Shown: positions 49,091-61,593 of the stretch, piece by piece
Layout: each line of letters opens with the position of its first letter
Position numbering within the stretch: position 1 is the stretch's first letter
DNA from: Dimorphilus gyrociliatus
Lineage: Eukaryota > Animalia > Annelida
NCBI GenBank assembly: GCA_904063045.1
Contig: CAJFCJ010000015.1
Span: 806,001 to 870,000 of the forward strand
Direction: 5' to 3'
Length of the DNA: 64,000 bases
The notes under the pieces: model-generated
What the model saw: only the letters and a program-made list of their open reading frames with translations
The model's database searches: none
Told to the model about the DNA's origin: nothing
Program-made: the position numbers and the translations under genes

Positions 49091-51514
49091 ATGGGTGGAA
49101 AGCAAAGTTCAGAGGCAAAGGCCGAAGATAAGTCGGTAAGTTGGAAGAGAGATTTTTCTTTCTTATTTATTTCGAACTAGTTTTAAACCAACCATTGGAG
49201 TTATATTGAAAAAAATACACCTAAAAATTCTGACAGTACTCCGTATATTTGGCCTACTTTTAACTATTATGTCTGCCCTATATACATATAGGCTAATGTA
49301 TACGATGCTCAAAGCACAACAACTATTTTTTGTACTTTGTTATTAAAATTTATGTACAGATTAAAAAGAGAGGAAGTTTTCTAAGTAAGAAGAAGGTATA
49401 TATATATATGTATATATATATGTAATAATTGTAGTAATATCCTATTCCTAGTTGTTCTACTTCGTTGTTATTACGCCTCTCTTCATCTTTGCTTAATCAT
49501 TCTTCATTCCCTATATGTAGTTAATATTATTTAGAACAATAAGGAAATGAATTCGATCTATCTATTAAATTTCTTATAAAATGTAGAGAGGAAAAAATCT
49601 CCTATATTATCTTTCAACTAGGTCTTTTTTTGTTAACTTGCTTTTGTTTAAAGGCCAAAGCAACAAACGTTTCAGTAATGAATCACTTTCTTCAATTGTA
49701 ATATTCAATCATATATAAATGTTGAATTATTGAACAACCATAAAATCTACATACAATTGACAATATACTTTATGTATATCGTATATCTTTATTTAGATAT
49801 ATGATTCTTTAGATTTTTTATTGTGCAGTCTAAAACCTTTTAATTAAGCTTTTTCTTTAATATTGTATTCAAGCGAACAGCTTGAGATGCTATTGATCAC
49901 TCTCTCGTCTTTGATAACTCTCTTATATGCATATATCTATCTTTGCACTCTTATGTGTTACATACTTAATGATTACAATTTTATTTTTTATGATTCTTTG
50001 ATTTCTAAAATGATTGTAATTTTCTTTTTTTTTTAAATTTCTTCTCCTATATCTTTCTATTCGCATGAAATAGACGGCTAAACCCTCCGATGCTTCGAAG
50101 CAAGAATCGAGTGTTGATAAAAAGGAAGAAAAACCAAAAGAAGAAATTGTTGCCCCATCTACTAAGAATACTGAGGAATCACCTGAAAAGTGTGTTGAAG
50201 TAAAAGAAGATGGTGAGTGTAAAGGTACGACTCAAGAATCTAAACAATCAGACACGGAAGTGAAAAAAGAAAATGTAAGCGAACCTGAACTCGAATCGAA
50301 ACCTATCGAAAATGAACCTGTTAAAGAAGAAACAAAACCCGAAATTGAAGTTACCAACGATGAACCTGTCAAGGAAGAGGAGAAACCGAAGACTAGTCAG
50401 GAAGTTGAAGTAAAATCCGAAGATATTGAAGTCAAGGAAACTAAAAAGGAAGAAGATAATGTCGAAGTAAAACAATCAGAAGAAGTTAAAGATGGGCAAA
50501 AAGAACAAGCTGAATCACAAAAACAACCGGAACCAATTACTAGCAGTGATATTGATGATGTTGCTGAACAATTATCAAATGTTAAACTGGAAGAACCGCA
50601 AAAGACTAATGAACAAGCTGAGCCAATGACTGTTGAATCGGAAACCGTTAAGGAAGAGGAAAAAGTTGAAGAACTTTCCGACAAGCCTGATAGTGAACCT
50701 GAACAAGAGTCTGTACAGAAAGTGGAGTCTGAACCTGAAACCGAGCAAGTACCGGCAGCTGAACCTGAAACTGAACAAGAGCCTGTAGCTGAACCTGAAC
50801 CTGAGAAAGAAAAGGAATCGGAAGAGGAACAAGCAAAGGAAAAAGACAATGAAAAGGAACCAGAACTTGAAAATGTATCAGAACAAAAAAAAGAGGGCGA
50901 TGAAAAAGAAGTCTCATCGGACCAGGTCACGAACGGTACTGAAGAAGAAAACGGCCTTAATGGAAAGGAAATATCGAACGACGCAGATGAAAATACAAAT
51001 GGAAAAGCGACTGAAGAAACTGAAAAAATAGAAGACGTTTGTGATGAAATCACAGAAGAGGTTTATTAACAAGTTAAATCCTGAATTGAACTATTTAAAT
51101 AAGCGTTTGTATAATTTTATATAGGCAAAATCCGTTGAATTTACTTGGGAATTAGAAGCGGAAGAGGTTTCAGTAGCCGGTTCATTCAATGGATGGACAA
51201 AAGTACCCTTGGAAAAAGAGTAAGTTACAGATATGAGAATTCTTAGCAATCGACTAATTTAAAAATTTAATTATATTCCATTAAAATCTATAGAAATGAT
51301 AAATTTGTTGTTAATATTAATCTTAAACCTGGAACTTATGAATACAAGTACTTCGTAAACGATCAGTGGCTCAAAAGAGACGACTTGGTAAGTTATATTT
51401 TAAAAAAAACTATATCCATCAAATCAGTTTCAACTTTTTCAATAACCTATTACCCAATTCACTTTTTAGGATATGAGCGAAAATGAGGAGAATAACATAA
51501 TAAAAATCAACTAA
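49091..51514 (+). CDS. 421-aa protein: N-myristoylation motif, ~340-aa acidic disordered linker, C-terminal AMPK-beta-type CBM48. Exons 49091-49135, 50074-51060, 51125-51219, 51294-51387, 51470-51514
   Basis: MGGKQSS (G2, S6); spliced C-terminus SVEFTWELEAEEVSVAGSFNGWTKVPLEKENDKFVVNINLKPGTYEYKYFVNDQW...ENNIIKIN*. All exon phases are consistent. Confidence 0.85.
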
Positions 51515-51738
51515 AGAAGAAACAACTGCCGATTTTACATTTGCGTTGATTTTCATAGTCTTTTTTAATACAGATCCCTTCAAAGAATCCTATGCATTAA
51601 AGGAGACAGTATTAAAACAAAAAAAGACTTTCTTATTTCCTTGTAAATATGACTTATATACAATTAAAAAATTAAGTTGAATAAAGAGAGATTTAAATAA
51701 TTTTGAAATTAAATGAAAATTATTTTCGGCTTTAAAAG

Positions 51739-53219
51739 CTACCAATATTCATCGTCTTCTTCTTTAGCACCAAACTTTGACTGACTTGACCTTTCCAATT
51801 TATTTGCTGGAATGGGTTGGAAAGTGCTTGTTTCGTGAACTTGTTCTTTTCTCGAACGTAGACGATTACCATCAACAGGACTAGTAATAGGTGGAGAAAA
51901 GTCTTTCTTTGTTTGTGCCACTTGTTCAATTACGTTCAAGTAGTGCTCAGTATCTTTAAGGTGGGCCAGCACGGAAGAAAGGCGTAAATCGGTGCTGGAG
52001 CACCAAGCTGGCAAATCATTCGTACTTTCAGTTTTAAGAAGAGAAGTAGAAGTTCTAAAAAATTGAAATAGTATAGAAAAAAAAGGCACTCATTGAACTA
52101 ATTAAAATACTTACTCTAAAGTTTGAGCTAATACTTCAGCTTTATTTCGACATCTTAGAGACAGTTGTTGAATTGACGAGATTATAGTAGTTTCATTTGA
52201 TGGCTATTATAGGGGAAGGGAAAAAAGTAAAAGTTATTGATATTGTACAAACATTAGTCATTAATAGGAAAAGGTAATACTAAAGTAATCATTATATAAA
52301 AAAAGTGCAAAAATATAAAATAGAAAAAAATACAGCTTTTAGTGAGAAGTATGGGAAATAAAAGAGTTTGGTAGGTCATTTTTTTGTTTTTTTTTAATAT
52401 AATATATATGATATATTCTTTTCACTAAAAAAAGTAGAAGCTTTAAGCCAAACAGTGTACAAATTCCGTATTAAATATTTGCAGTGAATAAGAATCAAGT
52501 GCCTTATACTTGTACAAGGAGCATTATTAATAGAGAATTGACAAGTTTTCTTTTCTTATCAAATACTATCAAAAAAATATATTTTTTTTATAAGAAAGAA
52601 AATTTATCAAATTAATAAAGTAAAGAAAAGTGGAAAAAAGGGAGGTAGGGAGGAGGTGGCGGTTGTATTGGTGGTGAACCGAAGAAGAAAGAAATACTTT
52701 AAAAGAGGGGAGGGAGGGGGCAAGATAGGTCAAAAGATAGATATGTAGAATATTTTGAAATTAGAAAAATATTTTTTTGTATTTTTCTTTTTCCAATCTT
52801 TGCTCCTATCTCCCCCTAAATCTCCCACCACCACCACTGCCTTTCCTCTCCACACATAATTTAAAAAAAAATGCCCAATTTTTATTTCCCCATAATAAAT
52901 AATTAGAAACGAAATAAATCTGATTAATACCAAAAATAAATAGTCATAATATAATCAACATATTTCTACAATAGCCAACTGAATTAGTATAAATTTTAAG
53001 AAGCAGCATAAAGCGCTTTCTATGTTAGCAAACTAAATCTAAATAATGAAAAAATTAGAAGCGAGCCATAATATCCTTTATTAATCTATTTAATAATAGT
53101 TTTTTTTATGTATTGTACAATTAACTAATTCATTTTCTGCCTATGTTATAATTTCACCCGCATACAATTTACTATTATTGTACGCGTACATGACTTTATC
53201 CATATACAATATATATATA

Positions 53220-53261
<42 letters not shown>

Positions 53262-56200
53262 TTATTTATACTAATATATATACTAATATATATTTATAAA
53301 CGCATAAAGCATGTGTTTTGAAAAATTCTTTCATTATTGCAAACCTGAGACGAGAGGCTACGCCTAGCTCCGCTAGAGGGCGCTCTAAACGCAGACGACG
53401 TCGAACTGATACTGTGTAAGCTCTGAATTGACGCCTGTTTTATATGAGAAATGATAATTCATATAAGTGTTTATAGCCGTTGCGAAGGTAGTACGATTAA
53501 AGCATCAAGTAATAAAAACGACAAACGTGACACTTCAAGAAAAAATAATAATAATAATAAAAAAATGAATGACAAAAAGAAGTTATTATAAAAAATGCTA
53601 AAATCTACAGAGAGAGTAGAAGGTAAAACATACCTGAGTGGATATTTGTAGGGGTGAATCCCTTGAAGAAAGTTTCGATAGACCATTAGAAATTTCTGCT
53701 GATAACATACCGATAGACGTTGAACCGTCAGCTAGGTTTACTTTGGCAGCTGGCTCCAAGAATGCTGAATTATTTTCATCAGATGATAATGAATTATTAG
53801 AATGTTGAAATTTTAAATTTCTCGGCGTCTTTATTTCTGTATTGTTATCAGGTGTTATTCGATTTCTGGCTTCTCTTATTGCTTGGCGAGGATCGTAACT
53901 TTTACGACGATTCCATAGTTCTCTTTCGTGAGTTTTTGGTGACGTTGATCTGCTGTTTGATTGCGATCTAGATTGGCTATTTGCCGAAGGTGCCCTGGAA
54001 GACTTTTGTGATTTGGCGCTAGGTGGTCTAGATGATATTGTGCTATTTCTTTCAGCCTTCTGAGCTATTCTAGCCCCCATTGAAAGGTCAGTTCTAGCAG
54101 ATGCCCTGGCTGAGTTAGGCCTAGAAGGCGTTTTTTGCTGTTGCTGCTGTTGTTGCTGCTCATTCTTTTTCCGTCTTAACTCATAAGTTCTGTTGGTCGA
54201 TATTGAATTCGAGACATCATTGTTTTGTCGTGCTCGTCTGTGTAAGCGGGGGCTATGGTCACTGGCTTCAGAGTCACTAAGGCGAAGATTTAGCTTTGGA
54301 GGAATAGATTTAGACCGTGATCTTGATGAAGACGAGTCCTGACTTTCACTACGTAGAACTGGAGTCGCTTTCCTTGTGACCTTAGTATTTTTTTCTTCTC
54401 TAGACCGTCCTCTATAGTACTCTTTGGACGAGTTGGTATTCCACGAATTTCTACTCTGTTCCTTTCGTGGCGTTGGTTTCACTCTAGTTATTGGTTCAGT
54501 AGAAGATTCCCTGGGCGTTAACGCCTTATGATTATACGATTTCGGTCTTTTCTGGACTTCGTTTGTCTTTTTTGAAGTCGTAACAGATTTATACTCGCTT
54601 TTTTGTTGTGCGGCTTTATTATGGCTCTTTCTAGGTGTACCTATATTGACTTCCATACTTTGTTTAACAGCTGGTGGAGGGGGGAGAGGAACTCGAGGAG
54701 ACAAAGGAGGAGCAGGAACTTCATCGGGATCTATGTCGCAAACGTCAGTATCCGTGGCCTCTCCGTCATCGTCAACAAAAACTTCTTCGATAGTATTCTG
54801 CAAGCTATTGGACAAATCTTCCAATTGTTCAGAGACACCGAAAATATTGTCGATATTATCTCTTGCTATTTGTTCGTCTGTATTGTCGCGATTCACTTCT
54901 ACTGTATATGTACCAGCCTCGCTCTGGCCTGCGTCACTCATTGAATCGTCGTACAATTTCGATTCACTATACAATTCACGTTCGGTCGGCGGTCCCTTAG
55001 ATTTTCGACTAACGGGCTCTGATACAACCGAGCGATTGGTAGGCTGCGACTTTAGCAATTTATTCACTAAGTATTCACTATCGGAGGCATGCGATGGTGG
55101 TACAGACTTTTTCTTCGTGAAAGTTCCAGTTCTTTGTTGATTTGACCTTGAAATACTTTTCGTTTCTGGAGATGGAGGCTCATCCTCCTGTTTCTTTGGA
55201 CGAGAACGCCTTTTCAAACGAGCTGGAACGCAATCTTGCAAACTTTTATCAGTACCACTCTCATTTAAACTAATTACAAAAGCGCTAGAAGGTGGCAACG
55301 TAGGTGAAAGAACCGGCGACAAGGGAGGCGAAATTTCCATTTTGACCGGTTTAGTTGGAGATGCATCTACATTTTGACGGGGTTGAGAGAATCTCTTCGG
55401 TGGACTCTTCTTCGACTTGGTTGATGAATCAAAATTAATAGTAAAAGACGTAGCCGCCATAGGACTCGAATCTTTCTCCGGTGGACTACGAGAAGGAGGT
55501 TTTGTTTCTTTTCCCTCTTTGGATAATGTAATATTATCGTTATTATCGAAAATGGCTTCCTTATCCTTCGTAGGTGTCTCTTCCTCTTCGTCCTGCTCGC
55601 AAGCAGGCGTAATAACACCGCCACAACCTGTTTATTCAAATAACATTAGCCATCGTCACTAAATCTCAACAAATATTACGGAGTTTACTTAAGAAAAATC
55701 AAATTACCGTACCAACTTGAAAAAAACCGGCTTAAAGACCCGTTCGATGGGTAAAATAATAGACAACAATCAAATACTGAAAAAGAACACCACCGAAAAT
55801 AACCGCCTACTTATACAGCATTATATAGTATATAGCATATAACTGTACACAGCATTGCTAAACGCATCGGCCAATTTACAAGCGCCAAATAATAGGCTTA
55901 AAAAAATCGAGAGGCTGCCTAGACTGAGAAAAAAGAAAAATAGAACGAAATGCGAGATTAGGAATGTTATACGCGCCTCTTGGCCGATATTTTTAGGTAA
56001 AGGCTTTACTACGAAAACTATTCCTATCTTAAAATATTGAGAATCCTACTAAGATTTTATAGAAGAGAAATTATAAAAAACAAAAACAAAACTAACTCGA
56101 TAAACTCAATTCTTCCCCTGGACTCGTTGATGCGTCGACTGTACTAACCATACTTTTCGTAACAGCTTTACTTTCGGTTGAACTTTCCGTAGTTTTTACG

Positions 56201-59200
56201 TGCTGCACGTTTACTCCGTCATTTTTACAATTTAGACTGAACAATATATCATCCGGAATAAGTGGTAGTTTTCTCGTAGGAGGAATTTCTTCATTCAAAG
56301 AACTAATTGCATTGTGTATTCGACGTTGTATTAAATCCATTTCGTTTTCGGGTGGCTTGCTTTCAACCTGTCTTGCCCTTTCCATAGACTGGTCGTAATA
56401 AGGGCTACGGTTGGCCGAATAAAAAAAAGTGCTCCTTTCCGGTGACCCGTAAAAGGGAGGTTGATAAGTCCTGTTACATCTAGACGATGAAGGAGGTGTT
56501 GGGACCTTGTCGTCGTAAGATGGTCGGTGTCTTAATAGTTTATTCGGTCTGGACGGAACGTGTTGATCAACAATAGTAAAGTGACCACCGTCGGCTTCTT
56601 CAGTATGTTGAGTGTCATATGATTCGAAGCATGGGGGAATATACTCTATCGGCCGATTACTTGAGATATTTGTTGGTTGCTCGATGCTGCCAACTGATGT
56701 AGGAATTGAGTATTCTCCTTTAGTTGGACTTCCACCTGCCTGGTTTGGACGAATATATTTAACTATAATTCGACCTGCTTCACCAGAGGAATTACGAGAT
56801 GACCAGGGAGGGATATGATTTCTTTGCTCTTTATGAAGGTCACCACAAAAAGGGGAACCAGTGGCCGAGGAGGCTGATGAGCAAACTGATGCGGTATAAT
56901 CGTCGTTTGCTCCGCAGGTGTGCTGCAGTCTGTTTTCAGCTAAACAGCCCTACAGCGTGGGAGAAGAGAGAGAAAAGAGAGCCAGGTGGAAAACCAGGTG
57001 GGGGGGAGAGAGGGAGGAGGGGAGAAAGAAAGAATACCAAGGTAATATTGTTCTTTTATATTCGAGAAAATTTATTACTTACAGAACACTCAGCCGGCCT
57101 TTGAGTAAAATAGTGGGTTGGGTATTGGACATTTGGATGCATTCTATGCTGATTAGTCCAAACTTGACGACTATGAGTCTCTTGTTCGGACGGTTTTGGT
57201 TGTTCTCTCCTTATATGTTGCTCCATTCTAAATAAAGATGGGTCTGTGAAATACAGATGTTTACATTCCATTCAAAAGATAGGTCGTAAAAAATATCGTA
57301 AAATTAAGCGCAGCTTGCTCTTGAATGGAGAAAAAAAGAAACATCCAAATTGATATAAAAAAAACAGAGCTGACAGTTTTCTATGCACAATGCTATACAG
57401 TTCAAACTCTCATTCACTTATAATTCAAAGTATTCCATTTCAAGAAAGCATAATTTGTTTGAAAGAGGAGGAACGACTGCTATAGTCACGTTAGATTCCA
57501 CTATGTTTGAATGCTTTAAATAGTTTTTTTCCCACTTTTTTTTCTTTATTATCAATATTAAACACTTTCAGTATTTTTTTTTTAAACTCAAAGTTCAGAC
57601 TTCTATTTCGAACATTCCTACTCTCTCAGATAAAAAAAATCGTTTTTGTTAAGGAACCCTCTCCACCTTCTCTTTTAGTTCTAATAAAAATTAATAATAA
57701 TGAACTCGCCAGAAAATTATAATATATAAGTGTATACAAAATATTGAATAGATTGTGAGCGTCAATGAAATTATTTGTTAGTGATTTTTAATGAATTGAA
57801 GTTTTATAAAGAAAAATATATAGAAAAAGCATATTTATCCTATTGACTGTCAAGCGCTTAAATCGGTAATTCAACTTTATTAAAGAGCCGTAAAATATGG
57901 AGCCAACTATACTATAGATATATTTACATATTACATTTTTATTAAAGTTCTTTTCTAATAAAAAGAAAAAGCGAAAATTTTTACAAAGTTTATAAGAGTT
58001 ACTTTTTATCAAAATTTCTTTTTCTACATTTATAAAGATTTATAGAATATAGTTGAATTATAAGTATCCACTGTATATATCGATTGTTTATCTAACAAAA
58101 GACTGCTTACCGTTACCAATCTGGAGTGTGTCATTATTATTCAATAGAGAGAATGTAGAAGAACAGATTGCCGAACCGTTGACAAATGTCTAAAATTGAA
58201 AGTTCACAGTATCTTTTAGAGGTGTTTTTTTTAATAATTTGAGAGAAAAAAAGAGTTTCATATTATTTTTGTATTATTATTTAAGGTAAACTTACGCCGG
58301 CTTTACTGTTGAGATCTTTAACTTTAAACTTTCTATGGTAAATATCGTATGTCAGAACGGAATGCTTCTTCTCAATAGATTCCGTCTGTTATTAAAATAT
58401 ATTGAAAATAGTAGGTTAGCAAATATTCGGTTGAATTTAGTCTTTTCATCTTTTAAATGAAACTTTAAGGAAATCGAGAAGTAGGTAAATTAAAAAAAAA
58501 GGTAAACAATGGTAAAAGAATGAATCCTAAACTACGCTAACCACGCGTTAGCCAAGACATTCAGGACAAATATTCACGACGAACTGAGAATATTCACACA
58601 ATAGAGTCAGACACACGAGGTATATAATACTATAGGGCGACGGTATCCGGGGCGCGCGAAACTATTATTCACTATCCACAATCAATCGAACACGTGCTAA
58701 AATTTGAATACAGTAGTTCATTCTTTCACCGTTTAACCTTTCTTTCTGCCATTTTTTGGAAACTTCTCACCTCAAATAAAAACTACAATCAATTACTTAC
58801 TAATAATTGGATATCGCAACTTGGTGATGATCCAAGGAATAATAAAGTGGGAGGATCTACAGGTAATCTTAAACCTCGGCGATCGGCCGATGCAACATCG
58901 ACAAGAAACCAATCGGATTCTTCCGGCATCAGTCCATCTTCTTCCTCCTAGCGGAAGGAGATTTTTAGGTTAGAAAAAAAATAACAAGAAATAAAAGGAA
59001 GAATAAATAAAAAGAATTTCCGCTGGAAAATGGAAAATAAACAAATGATTTATATAATAAGATATATAAAATTATTCTTTCACCATCAATTGTTGAAAAA
59101 GAGAGGAACAGTATAAACAATAACAAACTAGAAATATAATAATAATAAAAAAAAAGCCCCATTTAATCCTTGCAGAAAAATCTTTATAGAGAATTTATTT

Positions 59201-59814
59201 TGTTCAGAAATTATGTAAATAGAATAATAAATTATTTTACGATTTACTAAATTCACTATTACTTAGCCCAAAAAAGTTTTACTCTTTACCTATAAGATTG
59301 TTCATATTTGTATATTTATATATTTATATATATATATATATATATATTTACATACATTGTCCATAGGATTAAACTTAATATCTACCCTTTTTATCTGTCT
59401 TTTATGTTTCTCTTCCAATGTTCTTTTACCTCAAGTATAAATATTTCCCTTAATCATTTTACTTTAGGAATATTTGTTTGAATAGGAAAAGCGCAATCCG
59501 CCATAGACAGGTTTAAAGCCAGGGGGAAATGAACCGACAATGCTGCACTATTAATGGGAAATTTTAATAAAAGACCAGCAAACCCAGCGTAAGCAAAAAT
59601 GATTTGGACATAAAATAAATGAGAAAATTTCGTCTCATCGTAATTCAATGGCTACCTCATTGACTGGTGATAAAGCCTTAATATAGTCTGCATCAGAGGC
59701 TTCGTGTATATTTTCTTTGTTCTTCGATTCCATTGGAATTAACCAACCTTTCTCTCCAGAATTCAGTGAAAATTTTAACGTTAGAGAACTCTTGTAGAAC
59801 TGAACTGATTCCAT
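51739..59814 (-). CDS. CEP170: Centrosomal protein 170-like with N-terminal FHA domain, about 10 exons
   Basis: FHA exons WFLVDV...LRLP...LFLGSSPSCDIQLL | TESIEKKHSVLTYD...VKDLNSKAG | TFVNGS...LQIGN. The core motif SEAGTYTVEVNRDNTDEQIARDNIDNIFGV matches the recalled CEP170 [30 protein letters not shown]. Terminal exons at ~52135-52202 and 51739-~52054. Confidence 0.85.
53370..53383 (+). promoter_or_regulatory. Canonical CTCF-like motif CCGCTAGAGGGCGC in a CpG-rich patch of a CEP170 intron
   Basis: Matches the CTCF core consensus; surrounded by AT-rich intron. Confidence 0.6.
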
Positions 59815-61557
59815 TGCTTGGGAAAATTTTTAAATGCTATGAATAATAATCGGTTTTGCAGCCTCTCCTGCAAACGTACGTCGTCAATCGATTGAATGTT
59901 TGTAGGCCTGATTTAACAACGACGTTCGATGAATCATCATTCTCGTAGTTTTGTACGATTTAAACTGCCGTTCAAACCTACTAGAACGCGAAATAATCAT
60001 CACCACTGCTACACACACACATTTACAGCGAAATCTTAGTCAGCATAATCTTCTTACAAAAGAAATATTATTTGCTTACGATCTTTTATGGAATTTATCT
60101 ACCTCTCTAATGGTTATGTTACAAATTTCGATGATAGAACAGACGAACATATATTGTTAAAACTCTTTAGCAGAATATCACTGTGATAATAACATTTTTT
60201 TAAATACCTTAAATACCGTTCCCTTCTACTTAAGTGTTGCGATCATAATAAACATAATTTTTAAACGATAATTCAGCACTTTGGTCAGTCGACGGGTACG
60301 TACCACTGGTTTTTAGCAGAAAAAATAGACAAGAGAATACAAGGTTGGTTTCCCAATTATCGCTCAACCAACAGAAGCGCCGCCTCTGTTATACAAGAAC
60401 AACTTTTTTTCTTTCATCTATATGTCTATATCTATATATATTTACAAAAAGAGGAAAGAGAGAACAGAATATTTAAGGTAGGAAATTTTATGCTTTTAAA
60501 ACAAATTCAATGTATCTCTTAATCTAAAAAAAAACGAGAAATATAATAATAATAAAGATTATTCAATTCATTAATATTACAATTATGAAATAATTAAATA
60601 TCAATAAATATAAATTTTTATTTAACTGTTGCTTGTTAAAATACAAAAAAAACTATTTTAAAAATAGTAATAGAACCTCTATACATAATTATTAACTTTT
60701 ACCCCTAAGGAAAAAATTCATAAATATCATATGAAAAATTTCCCCTCTTCTTCTTTAAATAGCTTTTAAAAGAATTTGAAAATTGCTTTGGGTTATTTCA
60801 TTTCATATTAGCTAGAAAGATGAAGAAAAGGAAGAGTGGGGAAAGGGGAGGGGATAGTAATTTAATAGACTAAAGTTAATTAGAATAAAACGTAAAATAA
60901 AACAACTCGATTTAAAAGTTGTATAAATTTCAACTTTAACCTTTCACACGAAATTGTATAAGTTTTGATAATATATATAATTATGCAATTTTTCTTGTAT
61001 AATGATTAAATATACGTGACACTAATTCGGAGCGATGAACCCTATTTATTAGCTTTGGAGAGATGTGTGAGACCCTCCTATGTATTAACAAAATAAATAT
61101 AATTCCTTTATCGGCGCTATATATAGATTTATAATTTAAAATATTGAACAAGAAAAATATGGTGGACGATAATCAATGAATCAACCTTGTCTGATTTGTC
61201 CTACCAAAAGCTAATAAACACAATTTTTTATAGTAGGACGAACCATATTATTCAATATAAACTGGTTAATAGATTACTATTTTACGCGAAATACGTCCAG
61301 GAGAAAAGAAGTATAATCCCAAATCTCTTTTTAGGACCACTTTTAAACTTCTTCTATATCGTCGAAACGTGCCGAAAGGAGCTCGAAGACTAGTGGAATA
61401 TAAATAAAGAGTAAGACTTAAATGACAATAACAGATTTGTTTGATCGTTAAACATAATTCGTAACCACCAGACGGCGTCATGCAAAACTGACAATACAAG
61501 ACTAGTAAGTAGACGCCTAGTAGACGCCCGCTATAAGTACGTGCACATTAAAAACAC

Positions 61558-61565
61558 TGACGTCA
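61558..61565. promoter_or_regulatory. CRE palindrome TGACGTCA about 30 nt upstream of the PKD start codon
   Basis: Exact CREB/ATF consensus in a CpG-rich proximal region. Confidence 0.4.
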
Positions 61566-61593
61566 CAAAAACATTGTATACCGACAGAGAAAG

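Noticed and set aside
50248-51053. Several long minus-strand ORFs rich in S/F/L (also 43463-43759, 54603-55140, 35631-36038, 39277-39573)
   Set aside because: Antisense shadows of E/K-rich or other real exons.
58625-58640. TAATAC-TATAGGGCGA, resembling a T7 promoter / vector sequence
   Set aside because: Lacks the central GACTCAC, has no other vector sequence, and lies in an ordinary CEP170 intron; coincidence.
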